DNA of 64,000 bases from Blepharisma stoltei ATCC 30299 (GCA_965603825.1 CBFDEM010000021.1:1-64000), one strand, 5' to 3'. Positions 1 through 12,136 are shown, counted from the first letter of the stretch. The notes: generated by a model not told the origin, from the letters alone. A program made the numbers and translations.

Positions 1-2332
1 CTAAAACACCCTAACACCCTAACACCCTAACACCCTAACACCCTAACACCCTACACCACCCTAAACCCCTAACACCCTAACACCCTAACACCCTAACACC
101 CTAACACCCTAACACCCTAACACCCTAACACCCTAACACCCTAACACCCTAACACCCTAACACCCTAACACCCTAACACCCTAACACTCCTAACACCCTA
201 ACACCCTAACACCCTAACACCCTAACACCCTAACACCCTAACACCCTAACACCCTAACACCCTAACACCCTAACACCCTAACACCCTAACACCCTAACAC
301 CCTAACACCCTAACCCACACCCTAACACCCTAACACCCTAACACCCTAACACCCTAACACCCTAACACCCTAAACTACCCTAACACCCTAACACCCTAAC
401 ACCCTAACACCCTAACACCCTAACACCTAACACCCTAACACCCTAACACCCTAACACCCTAACACCCTAACACCCTAACACCCTAACACCCTAACACCCT
501 AACACCCTAACACCCTAACACCCTAACACCCTAACACCCTAACACCCTAACACCCTAACACCCTAACACCCTAACACCCTAACACCCTAACACCCTAACA
601 CCCTAACACCCTAACACCCTAACACCCTAACACCCTAACACCCTAACACCCTAACACCCTAACACCCTAACACCCTAACACCCTAACACCCTAACACCCT
701 AACACCCTAACACCCTAACACCCTAACACCCTAACACCCTAACACCCCTAACACCCTAACACCCTAACACCCTAACACCCTAACACCCTAACACCCTAAA
801 CACCCTAACACCCTAACACCCTAACACCCTAACACCCTAACACCCTAACACCCTAACACCCTAACACCCTAACACCCTAACACCCTAACACCCTAACACC
901 CTAACACCCTAACACCCCTAACACCCTAACACCCTAACACCCTAACACCCTAACACCCTAACACCCTAACACCCTAACACCCTACACCCTAACACCCTAA
1001 CACCCTAACACACCCTAACACCCTAACACCCTAACACCCTAACACCCTAACACCCTAACACCCTAACACCCTAACACCCTAACACCCTAACACCCTAACA
1101 CCCTAACACCCTAACACCCTAACACCCTAACACCCTAACACCCTAACACCCTAACACCCTAACACCCTAACACCCTAACCCCTAACACCCTAACACCCTA
1201 ACACCCTAACACCCTAACACCCTAACACCCTAACACCCTAACACCTAACACCCTAACACCCTAACACCCTAACACCCTAACACCCTAACACCCTAACACC
1301 CTAACACCCTAACACCCTAACACCCTAACACCCTAACACCCTAACACCCTAACACCCTAACACCCTAACACCCTAACACCCTAACACCCTAACACCCTAA
1401 CACCCTAACACCCTAACACCCTAACACCCTAACACCCTAACACCCTAACACCCTAACACCCTAACACCCTAACACCCTAACACCCTAACACCCCTAACAC
1501 CCTAACACCCTAACACCCTAAACCAACACCCTAACACCCTAACACCCTAACACCCTAACACCCTAACACCCTAACACCCTAACACCCTAACACCCTAACA
1601 CCCTAACACCCTAACACCCTAACACCCTAACACCCTAACACCCTAACACCCTAACACCCTAACACCCTAACACCCTAACACCCTAACACCCTAACACCCT
1701 AACACCCTAACACCCTAACACCCTAACACCCTAACACCCTAACACCCTAACACCCTAACACCCTAACACCCTAACACCCTAACACCCTAACACCCTAACA
1801 CCCTAACACCCTAACACCCTAACACCCTAACACCCTAACACCCTAACACCCTAACACCCTAACACCCTAACACCCCTAACACCCTAACACCCTAACACCC
1901 TAACACCACCCTAACACCCTAACACCCTAACACCCTAACACCCTAACACCCTAACACCCTAACACCCTAACACCCTAACACCCTAACACCCTAACACCCT
2001 AACACCCTAACACCCTAACACCCTAACACCCTAACACCCTAACACCCTAACACCCTAACACCCTAACACCCTAACACCCTACACCCTAACACCCTAACAC
2101 CCTAACACCCTAACACCCTAACACCCTAACACCCTAACACCCTAACACCCTAACACCCTAACACCCTAACACCCTAACTACCCTAACACCCTAACACCCT
2201 AACACCCTAACACCCTAACACCCTAACCCTAACACCCTAACACCCTAACACCCTAACACCCTAACACCCTAACACCCTAACACCTAACACCCTAACACCC
2301 TAACACCCTAACACCCTAACACCCTAACACCC
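1..2332 (+). repeat. Telomeric repeat array (CCCTAACA)n, ~290 units, C-rich strand on +
   Basis: Continuous 8-mer tandem repeat from base 1, ending abruptly at ...aacaccc|aatttaat. CCCTAACA is the known telomere unit of heterotrich ciliates (Blepharisma, Stentor). Confidence 0.98.
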
Positions 2333-3273
2333 AATTTAATTAAATTCCAATTTTAATAACAATCGTTGTCTGCTGAATAGCAAATTAAATTTACAATTTT
2401 CAATTAAAACTTTTTTGCGCAGTGCATGACTGCAATTCCATGTTTTCTCCTTTCTATTTTAATTATCCTTTTATAGCACTTATTAAATTACTAATCAAAA
2501 TATTTTATTAAGCCAGAGAATATTAAATTTTCTTCAAAATTATCACTTATTTCCTATTAAAAAATAATTTACTTGATCTTTAATCTATAGACACAAAAAT
2601 TAATATGAGCTTTTGAAATGATATTAAGAGCAGTTTACGAGAGAAGAAATAGAATAATTATTCAAATTAAAATTATTCTGGTGCATTGCCCTTATAAAAC
2701 TGAATTAAGTTTTCGAGTTCTACTTATGAATCAGTTATTAGGAGACTCTCGATATATTATCTATAAAATAGTAAAAAAACACTAAATTCGTGATTTATTT
2801 TAAAATAATTATGGACCACTAACTTAATAAAAAGTATTTGGAACCAAAATTTAACTTAATATAAATAGAAATTTTTGTTTCTATTTCAATCATTGAGGCT
2901 TAAAAGCATCCTTATTATTAGCCTTTTAATTTTCTAAATTTTTATCTCCATCGTCTCAAATTTAAGCAATTTGTGGAAATTCCAACAAATGCTATTTGAT
3001 TTATCAAACCCTCTTTCATTTTTAGGACTAGACAATTTACACATCCAACCGAGAAAATTGGAGTAGTCTCTTTACGAAGCAATATTAAATAAATTATACA
3101 TAAATCAATATTTATATAAAAACGCAGTTCTCTAAGCTTCCATTGTCTTTTATAGTGTTAAATGATATTCATTAATTATAGTCTTTAAGATGTCAAAAGC
3201 CACACAACACTGAAGGGTCAGAATCAAACTAGTGATGCAACGAGTATTATCGCAAGGAAATAGCCGAACCCAC

Positions 3274-6200
3274 CTAAATAAACTGCTCCTGATCTGGCCA
3301 GAACTTTTCAATTGTAGCGTTGTCATCTTTTATAATGTTACAAGTTTCCCTTTTTGATGATGGATGTTGACAACTTTGATAGCTTAAGGATCCACTTTCA
3401 GCAATATTTGAAAATTTTTCTTTGCTGTTTTTCTTCTGTTCATATGTGAGCCAGTAGCTTTCAAGGATTTTCATTATTGCACCAACACTGCTCATTATTC
3501 CAAAAACTGAGCCCAGAAGTGTGCTAATAAAGATACCAAATGACTGAATGTTGTCTCTGGTAGTATATAAGCCATTAGAGCTCACAGTAAGAACAATATC
3601 TAAATAAGAATTGCTGGCCAATCCAGTTCTAAATTTGACTTACTCATAGGTGCGAAATTGAGAGCCTTTCACTGAGCTTGATTCAAGAGTTGAATGATAG
3701 CCTGTATAGGTCTCATCGTTTTGAAATTTTCTATAGTACTAAATAAGCTATACTGAAGGAATCATGGTATAATATGCTATTGAGGGCTTTGAGCCCAAAA
3801 AGATACGGTTGCTGTCAGGCAAAATATATGTTGAGTAGCTGCTGCTTTGACTTGGAATAGATGATGTCGAAGTTACATTAGTTAAAAATCCCGAAGTATA
3901 TCCTATGTAATTATTCATTGCGTATGAAATAGTTGCTTGGCTATTTATAGTGCAGCGACTGCATGAGAGTTCTGTAAAACAGTCGCTATTATAAAATTTG
4001 CAGCTAAAGCTGCTTCAAACTCCATCGACATTTGATATGGAGTAAGCTATCTCTGGCGAGCAGGTATCATTGACAAGGCAGGCTCCTCCATAATTAAGTA
4101 ATATCGCGACTATGGTTAAATTTGATTCGAACTAAGTATTGCTTACCCTTGATACTTCATTCTCAAGAACCACTAAAGGAACCAAGCTTTTTACCTCAAC
4201 GACATTATTGACAATGTAACCTGCAATTCCATTGCAAATAATCATAACAGCCAGCACCATAAAAACAATAGAAAAAATGCCCCCTAAAGAAGATTGCTTT
4301 AGATACATGACCTGGTTGACAAAGTGGTTATGACTTGCCGAGTATAAATCAATAGAGATCAAAAATTTCTTTTTTTGGTTCAGAATAAGCAAAACAACAA
4401 TTAGGGCTAGTCCAATAAGGCCAATAGTTAATTGTGTGATGAGAGTGTATTTTCTATACTCACCGTTGTTTCCTTGAAATATAGATGGCTGAACTGAATC
4501 ATCCTGATAGGAATTTTCCTGAACTGAGTAGCTGCTGCTACCAGGTATGCATGTAGCCCCTCCTGGGCAATCTAAGCAATAAGCAGCTCCTGGCTTGCGA
4601 CTATATGTATTTTCCTCACAAGGATAACACATGCCGTTTGTGCTTGCCCCATAGTTTGGATTGTATTTACCAGCATCACATTTTTGGCAGGTTGTTGAAT
4701 CATAGACATCTGAATAAGTCCCTGGAGGACAGATTTCACATGAAGAAGTTCTCATTGACCCTGGGCTGCATTTCCAATAGCATTCTGAAATTTCTTCACA
4801 GTCAGACATTAAATCTATTTTAAAAAATCGATTTGTAGGTACCTCATGCCTGAGAATTTGGCCTAGAGTAGAAGCCCCTCCGTGAATATATATATAATTT
4901 TGGAAGTAGGAATAAGCAGCTGCGAAGATGAAATTTGGCAAATTCCCAATCTGTGTATGATCAGCCGAAGATGTGTTAAAATAAAAAATTTCTGATTTTG
5001 GCACAAAGTTATTGGACTCACCTCCTGCCACAATAACCCTACTTTTCAGTTTAAAAGCAAAGGTACCTTTTCTGCTTCATGACAAATCAGCTCGATCATC
5101 ATAATATTTCCTTCATGTGCTGTTTGTAATATTAATACTGTAAAATTCATTCAGTGGCATCTCAGAGTCTCCTTCTCCGTACATTATATAAACGATGTCA
5201 TTAGATGTTGTTGAAACTCGGCAAGAACAATATGCAAGAGGCCCCGGACCGCCTGAATTTTGAGAGTCTATGAGTGTATAAGTACTTGTGACCAAGTCAT
5301 AAGTCCAAAATTCGTCTGAGAGGCCAGAGTTTGTCACTCCTCCAAATATCATCAATGAGGTCTCATGCAAAATGATGCATGCTCCTTTTCTTGGAGATGG
5401 AGAATTTTCAGAGGTCGGTAAAGAGCTCCAAGAGCTTGTTGTTGCGTCAAAAATGAAGCCGTCGTTTAGGTAGCCGTCATCGTTTTGTCCTCCTCACACA
5501 GCCATAGTGTCTGCATATGAAGACGATCCATGCCCATATCTAGCAGAAGGAATAGATCCTGTTGCTTGAATAATATGTCAGCTCTCCAGACTGGTATCAT
5601 AGGCCCACAAATCGCTCAAAAGTGCGCTGTTATCAGCTCTACCTCCAAATAAAAGCAAATATTTTCCGACATTTTGCATAGAGTGGTACATTCTTGGACT
5701 TGGGGAGATATCATTAGGGTAAAAATTATAAGTAATAGGTGATTTCGACAAATCAAAAACAAGCAGACAATTTAGAGTGTTCGAATTAGAAATCCCACCA
5801 AATGAATAGAGCTGCGAATTGTAAAGAGTAAGCCCATAATTATAAATAGATGTATAGTCTTGAGAGGAGTTAGAAGTAACTGGTATTTTGACTCAGTTAT
5901 AATCTGTGCTCGTTAAATTGACCATGTATCAGTCTTCACTCACATTATTCAATTTGCTTGACCAGCCAGTAAGTAAGAAGGCAGCCTTATCAAATAAAAT
6001 GCTTCCTTGGAGCATTCTTGAAGTATAAGTTTGGACTGAGGTGATATTAGTCCACTCTAAGCTGCTAAGATCATATTTATAAAATGCTTGTGCATAAGGA
6101 TACCCATCATAAATAGCTTCCCCAGCTGCTAAAAATAAAAATCCTTCATAATAAAATAATGAAGCTCCTAATGCTTTTTGTGGAACGACTCCTTGCTTTG

Positions 6201-6778
6201 GAAGGTTCGTTCAGACTCATTTAGAAGTATCAAGTCTGTGATAAAGGTTACGTGAAAAGTTCATTATCAGATTCGATAGAAGTTAGTCCTCCAAAAACAG
6301 CAAAAAAAAGAACCCCGCCACTAATATAAGAAGTGTAAGCAAATCTGGACCTTGGGTAGGGAATATCACCAGACGTGATGATTTTATTCCACATACAGCT
6401 TTCCATTTGAAAACTCCACAAGTCATTCAAGAGTCCAGATTCTGTCATCCCGCCGAATACATACAGGATATTTGCAGAGAGATCGGCAAATGAGCCGCCG
6501 TTATAACGAGAAGCTTAATAAATAATACCAGGGTAAACATCATCAGCTGCTGCGAGTCGTCTCCATAGGCTTGTTGTTACATTAAAAACCCAGAGATCAT
6601 TATATTCGCTGTCTAGTTGGTAATAGCCTCCAAACACACTGATCAAGTTCAAGCTTGGAAAAGAATTCATCAAAGGGTAGATTCTCGGAACAGGAGGAGG
6701 GTTAGTAGAAGGGATTCTTTCAATTGATAGAGAAGCTAAAGTTCTGATAAGCAAGAAACTTAAAACGGATAGCCTCAT
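3274..6778 (-). CDS. Kelch-repeat (~12 repeats) cell-surface protein with Cys-rich GCC2/GCC3-like repeats and 3 predicted TM helices, 1142 aa, 5 tiny introns
   Basis: One open frame after reading TGA as Trp and removing introns 6514-6528, 6236-6251, 4132-4146, 3739-3753 and 3629-3643 (3429 nt, 1143 codons). Signal peptide, repeated FGG...NDLW kelch motifs, CPPGTYS/CDAGKYN repeats, ends in TAG. Confidence 0.9.
3629..3643 (-). other. 15-nt spliceosomal intron GTAAGTCAAATTTAG
   Basis: Contains an in-frame TAA; removal restores the frame; an intron sits at the same position in the paralogous pseudogene (7450-7464). Confidence 0.9.
3739..3753 (-). other. 15-nt spliceosomal intron GTATAGCTTATTTAG
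   Basis: In-frame TAGs; GTA...AG with A at position 10; removal restores the frame. Confidence 0.85.
4132..4146 (-). other. 15-nt spliceosomal intron GTAAGCAATACTTAG
   Basis: Ends in an in-frame TAG; coding frame continues beyond it. Confidence 0.88.
6236..6251 (-). other. 16-nt spliceosomal intron GTAACCTTTATCACAG
   Basis: Removal joins ELFT to LDTSKWVW and completes a kelch repeat; paralogous pseudogene has an intron at the same site (7619-7633). Confidence 0.9.
6514..6528 (-). other. 15-nt spliceosomal intron GTATTATTTATTAAG
   Basis: Removal gives YPASRYNGGSF (kelch P-x-x-R motif); paralogous pseudogene has an intron at the same site (7894-7908). Confidence 0.9.
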
Positions 6779-7280
6779 TTGATAATATTTATTAAAATTA
6801 CTAATTTGTCAACAATAAATAATTCAATTGCTCATTTATTAATATTCTAGTAAGGTAATCTAATATGAGTTGCCTGCTCCTTATGACTAATGAAATCGAT
6901 TTTCCATTACTTTAAAGTACTTAAGGTCAAGCTATAGCTGCTTGCGAATTATAGATATTAAATACTCTATCTCTTGTCGCTAAAGCGCACAATCGCAAAA
7001 TTCTTAATATATTCGTGCTGAACAAATTAATATATATTTTACAGAAATTATTTTAGCCTCATATAATCAAACGTTTACCAAATATTGAGGAGATAGTGTA
7101 TTTATCCTACCAAAATATATTATTAAGATATAGACAGAAAGCCAAACTAAATACAAGAAAGGGTCTCATCAATTGCATGATGATTATTTGCTACTGCGCC
7201 TCAGGATTAAACTTATTTCCACATAAAACATATATTGAAGATCATTGTGCTGCTTATTAAAAGCGCATTTAAACAATGTT

Positions 7281-8140
7281 ATTTTCTAGTAGCTTCGGTA
7301 TCGCCCCAATACTCCCCATAATTCCGAATAAAGATCAAAAAAAGTGTTAATAAAGATATTAAACGTCTAAACTTGATTTCTGTTGTGCACAGTCCATCTG
7401 AGCATTTAGTCAAACAATCTCTAGATAATAATAGTGGGCTAATCCTAGTCTAATTGGAAAATACTGATAAGTATGAAGCTCTGATCCTTTATTAGTGCTT
7501 TGGTTCACAATTTTGTGGTAGCCTGCATTGTGTTCATGTGTTTGAAGCTATTTATAGGACTGAGGAATATCTCCTTCTTAGGGCATTTTTGTATCATTTT
7601 TAATTATTTGTGTTTAAACTAAATAGCCTTTACATAAAAAGTTCATACCAGTGCAGAGCGAAGTCATGCAACCGAAAGCAGTAAATTTCAATGAATCATT
7701 ATAATTAAATCAAGAATATCAAAATTTTTCTATTGGAAATAGGAGGTCTCCAGTTGATTTAATATGATCCAGAAGAATCCTTGCATATCAAAGCATCATG
7801 AATCGTTCAGAGGGCCCAAATCATTTATTCCTCCGAAGATGTGCAAGTAATAATCATCTTCATCAGCAAAAGAGCCTCTGTTATATCTTGGTGCTGAATA
7901 ATAAATACCTGGAAAAATTCCGTCAGAAGTTGAGAGCCGACTCCACTAGCTGCTGGATACATTAAAGCTTCATAGACCATTATGACCACTTCTCCATTGG
8001 GAGTATCCGCCATAAATAACGATTTGGTTATAATTAGGAAAGGAATCCATCAGGGTATAAGCTCGAGGACCACGCTGATCAATCAAGATTGCGCTTGTAT
8101 ACAAAAAGAGAACGGAGAGAGCTACAATTATAATATTTAT
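7281..8140 (-). pseudogene. Internally deleted pseudogene paralog of the adjacent kelch gene
   Basis: 5' part translates PRAYTLMDSFP...YGGY...FPAPRYNRGSFAD...FGG (cf. PRIYPLMNSFP...FGGY...YPASRYNGGSFAD). 3' part includes SDGLCTT...LFGIMGSIGAIPKLLE (cf. SNGLYTT...VFGIMSSVGAIMKILE). ATA in place of the start codon, TAG at 7946-7948, frameshifts, three position-conserved 15-nt introns, ~2.4 kb missing at ~7560. Confidence 0.88.
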
Positions 8141-8390
8141 TTATAAAATTAGCCGCTTTTAGTGTCAAAATAAGATTTATTCGCAAACTTGGAAAAATTA
8201 ATTATTGACTATCGAATTTGCATTAGATTGAGCTTGATGGGGTTCAGAATTTTTTAAGACTAAGTCATTACTAAAAATTGCTCAAGAGTTTCAAATAATG
8301 CCAAATAATTATAAAATACCGAAGCTTATACTTTTAATATTACACTGTATTATTTGAATCTACATTAATTAATCTACATTGTAGCATAGG

Positions 8391-9005
8391 TTAAGAAATC
8401 ATCTCTAACTTCCTCTTTTGCAAAATTTCCATTTGTACTTTGTTATTTCCGTGCATCAATAAATAAATTTCTTGCTTTTCAATCCTATTAACTCTCCCTA
8501 AAAACCTGAAAAATCGTATAAGAAATAAAAGGACAAACCCTGTGGAGATGATGACCAATGTGGTTAGGATAGTGAAAGCCACATCTTCCACGATACCAAT
8601 GATGACCAGCCTTAAAATAGAAGCACCAAGTTGGTATAGAATATAAATCGACAAAAATGTTCTATTAAGATGGTACCCAGCCAGATATCCATTTACTGGC
8701 ATTATAATCAAAATGATGAGATAATAGAATTCCGATAGAAAATATATGAAACATAATAAGCAGTCAATTATTGAATAAACCTGTAGGAATCTTGCATATC
8801 AGATGATCGTCGTATATTTGGCATTGTACTGCTTTTCTAGCTTCACCATTGAAGGATCATCAAGAGAAATAGACTGAAAACCACTCTCACTTTTTTGATG
8901 GTGACTTGGCTGGCTTGGAGTTATTTCAGGGCTTCTATCTGAATTTGAGCACGCATCAGTGTCAATAAATTCTTTTTGCTTTTCGGGAGATTTTTCACTA
9001 TCCAT
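8391..9005 (-). CDS. Uncharacterised multi-pass (about 4 TM) membrane protein, 204 aa
   Basis: ORFs 8799-9005 and 8391-8711 join in frame through one TGA (Trp); acidic/Ser-rich N-terminus followed by hydrophobic helices; TAA stop. Confidence 0.75.
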
Positions 9006-9160
9006 TTTTGCAATTAATTTAAATTTGGATTTCTGGGAAATTAATGGAAGATAAAAATAATGAGCGGGGCCGTTATTCGCTCTTCTGACTAAGACTTAAT
9101 TTTAGGTTTTCTATAAAGAGAGGTTAAATAAAGTATAAATCTTAAACATAATCATAAAAA

Positions 9161-10513
9161 ATGAAAAACAATTCAAAAGTCTTCTTGGACATAACAATTG
9201 GCAAAAAGGCTTCAGGCAGAATAGTAATCGAGCTCTTCAACGACACAGTGCCGTTTACAGCAGAAAATTTCCGCGCTTTGTGTGCAGGTGATTATGGAAA
9301 ATCAAAATCTGGGGTTTCTCTTACATACTTGGATAATCTTTTCCACAAAATAGTCCCAGGAAAATACTGCTCAGCTGGAGATTTCATCCACAATACAGGA
9401 CAAGGAAGTGAATCAATATATGGAGGCTTATTTCCTGATGAGAACTTCACGTTAACTCATTCACAGCCTGGCATGCTCTCAATGGTCAATAAAGGACCTA
9501 ATTCAAATGGAAGTGTTTTTTTAATCACTTTTGCTGCATGTCCTGAGCTTGATCACAAGTATGTCGTTTTCGGGCAAGTTGTTGAAGGTCTATCAGTACT
9601 CAAAGAAATCGAAAAAATCCCGACAGAAAAAGATGGGAAGCCAAAAAAGCCTGTCAGAATTTTTAACTGTGGAGAGATTGAGGACGGGCGAGAACACATA
9701 AAATTTGAAGAGTTCAAGGACCAAATACAAATTTATAGAGCCTATTTGGAAAGGAAAGCACAGAAGAAAGAAGAACACTTGAGGCTTTACTATGAAATGA
9801 TTAATAGAAGATCAGATGAAGGAAAACAAGTTAATGAGCCAACAAATCAAATTAACGAGCCTGAGCAAGAAAGCAGTGAAGAAAATGAAGAAGAAACAGA
9901 TGAAGGCCAGGCAAACGATAAATTAAAAGCACTGATGGCTAGGCTTAAACAAGCACGAAAGCAAAATGAAATCGCAGTTGTTGAGGATAGCAACAGAAAG
10001 AACGACCCGAATTGGGAAAAGAAACAAAAACGAAAAGAATGGGAAGAGCAAGAGTCTCAGAGAATTCAGGCTCTTGAAGATATGGGGATTACTACAGATA
10101 AAATGTACCTGACAGAAAATATTTCAGACGTCAACTATGCAGCTCAAAAAAAGCGAAAAAGAGGCAAGAGGTCTGCATATGGATGGGACGTTTTCAACAA
10201 CAATGCTCTAGAGCAAGGGTATAAGCGAAGAATCAATAAGCTAGAGTTCAACCCAGAAGAATACAAGAAGCAAATGGAAGATCCTGAGGCTTCAAATGAA
10301 ATCAAGCCAGAAAAGCTAGATATGATGTCTGAAGAGCTTGAAAGAGAAACGGAAAGAAGAAAGAAATTTTCAAGAAGAAGACCTTATTATGAAGATATGG
10401 ACATCAGCTTTATCAACGAAAGGAACAGAGTTTACAATGTGAAGCTCCAAAGACATTTCAAAGATCATGCCCAGGAGCTGAAAGGAAATCTGGAAAGAGG
10501 AACAGCTTTATAA
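9161..10513 (+). CDS. SYF2: Cyclophilin (PPIase-like) - SYF2 splicing factor fusion protein, 450 aa
   Basis: N-terminal cyclophilin motifs (VFLDI, GRIVIELF, TAENFRALC, SIYGGLFPDENF, VVFGQVVEG). C-terminal SYF2 signature GWDVFN...KKFSRRR...FINERNRVYNVKLQR...NLERGTAL. Confidence 0.92.
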   Translation: MKNNSKVFLDITIGKKASGRIVIELFNDTVPFTAENFRALCAGDYGKSKSGVSLTYLDNLFHKIVPGKYCSAGDFIHNTGQGSESIYGGLFPDENFTLTHSQPGMLSMVNKGPNSNGSVFLITFAACPELDHKYVVFGQVVEGLSVLKEIEKIPTEKDGKPKKPVRIFNCGEIEDGREHIKFEEFKDQIQIYRAYLERKAQKKEEHLRLYYEMINRRSDEGKQVNEPTNQINEPEQESSEENEEETDEGQANDKLKALMARLKQARKQNEIAVVEDSNRKNDPNWEKKQKRKEWEEQESQRIQALEDMGITTDKMYLTENISDVNYAAQKKRKRGKRSAYGWDVFNNNALEQGYKRRINKLEFNPEEYKKQMEDPEASNEIKPEKLDMMSEELERETERRKKFSRRRPYYEDMDISFINERNRVYNVKLQRHFKDHAQELKGNLERGTAL

Positions 10514-10630
10514 TGCTTATTAATTTTTATATATTAAGCTAATATCATTTAATATTTTATAATCAATTTAAGTTTAAAATTCTCAGCAATTTCGAACATT
10601 CAAAATTTGAGTTGCAAGGTTTAAATTTAA

Positions 10631-12136
10631 TTAGTTTAGTTTATTTTGATAAAAAAGATTTATAAGGGTATTTTCATCAATTGAGAATCTCTCTTTCAGC
10701 TCATCAATAACTTGCTTGCAGAGAATGAACTGACTCTCCCCTTTATCCAATCTATAAAACTGGGGAAGATAAAGTATATCCCTTAATTTTATGATTTCTT
10801 GATGATCACTGGTAGCTGCACTGCTTTGAAAATTTAAAACTTCCATCAGTCTCTCAGTGAATTCTAGCGAATAATAGATAAACTGCGGCTTCGGAGTGGA
10901 CCTTCTTAGACGTAACTCATACCCTACTCCTTCCCTCAATGCTCTTTCTGAAACAGCAACTAAATGCTTGAAATGGCGAATAATAAGTTCAGCTTGCAGC
11001 TCATAAGTCCCTATAAAAACTCCTCTGAAGAGCCCAACAAAACCTAGTCCTGGAAGATCTGGGTGGATGGTATTCAAAAATCCTGTGATTGGAATGACAT
11101 TATCATGGCCGTCATAATTAATGATTTCCAATATCTTTTCATCCAAGAATGTCAAATCAACCTCAAAGCCTGTGCATACAATAACAGCATCGGCCTCTAC
11201 TTCATTTCCGTTTTCTAAGACCAGCCCACTTTCATTTAAGCTTCTTAGCTTACCTTTTTGAATTTGGATTTTATTTTCTTCCAGACATTTCTTATAGTTA
11301 TTGTTTACAATAGAAAAAAATGACGAGTTATGATCTTCATTCGGAACAACCAAGTTATGATGGCCTGGATGTCCTGCCAATAGCACAAATCCTTTGTCTA
11401 TTTCTTTTCCAATTTCTTCTGGACTCAGAGAAGCCAAGGGCCTTTCAAGTGATTTTGACTTAATAAAAAAGTCAATGGGTATACCTTGGTAATATTTTGG
11501 AAGCAAACGATGAGGCTCTCTTACAATTTGAATTACTTCTCCTGCATGGCTTGACAAGTCTTCAGCGATATCGCAGGCACTTGTAGAAGCACCAATTACA
11601 GCTACTTTTTGACCTATAAATGGCTTTGGATCCCTATATTTTCCGCTATGCAAAACTTTTAATTTTGATAAATGGCACAAATTGCTAATAGGGAAGAGTT
11701 CTTTGGCGTGAAATCCATTGGCTATTATGACATAAGGGAATTCTTTTTCGAAAATTTGGCCAGATGAAACGTTTTGCCATCTGACAAGATAGCCTGAGTG
11801 GATTTTATTTACGTAAATAGCCTTGCAGTTAAAGAGAAAATTATCTATAAGAGCATGCGCTCTGGCATAGGCTATGAAATAATCCATAACTTCTCTATTA
11901 GTTGGCGTTGGCGAGGTCGCTGAGGGCCATGGCATATCTGAAAAGCAGGTGAAATATTTGGATGTATTTGTACTTAAGCTGTTTCATACTCCAATTTCAT
12001 CATTGGGGTTTCGCCATATGCCTCCAAGCCAACTTGATTTCTCAAGGACGACCGGAGTTAGCCCGTAATCCATAGCTATTTTGCAAGAAATTAAACCTCC
12101 TGCACCGCCGCCTATAATACAAATTTCTTCAACCAT
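10631..12136 (-). CDS. Flavin-containing monooxygenase (FMO family), 501 aa
   Basis: Extends upstream of the ORF track through one TGA to MVEEICIIGGGAGG (FAD GxGxxG); LGGIW, VLHSGKYR FMO motif, VIGASTSACD NADPH motif, VCTGF. Confidence 0.93.

Noticed and set aside
1-2332. Variant telomere units (CCTAACA, CCCCTAACA, CCCTACA and others) as a second repeat type or CRISPR-like array
   Set aside because: Sporadic single-base indels without periodicity or spacers; best explained as long-read error or occasional telomerase slippage.
3150-3273. Moderately GC-rich sequence past the kelch gene stop with a hydrophobic alternative frame
   Set aside because: No start codon, splice signal or homology supports it, and the annotated frame ends cleanly in TAG.
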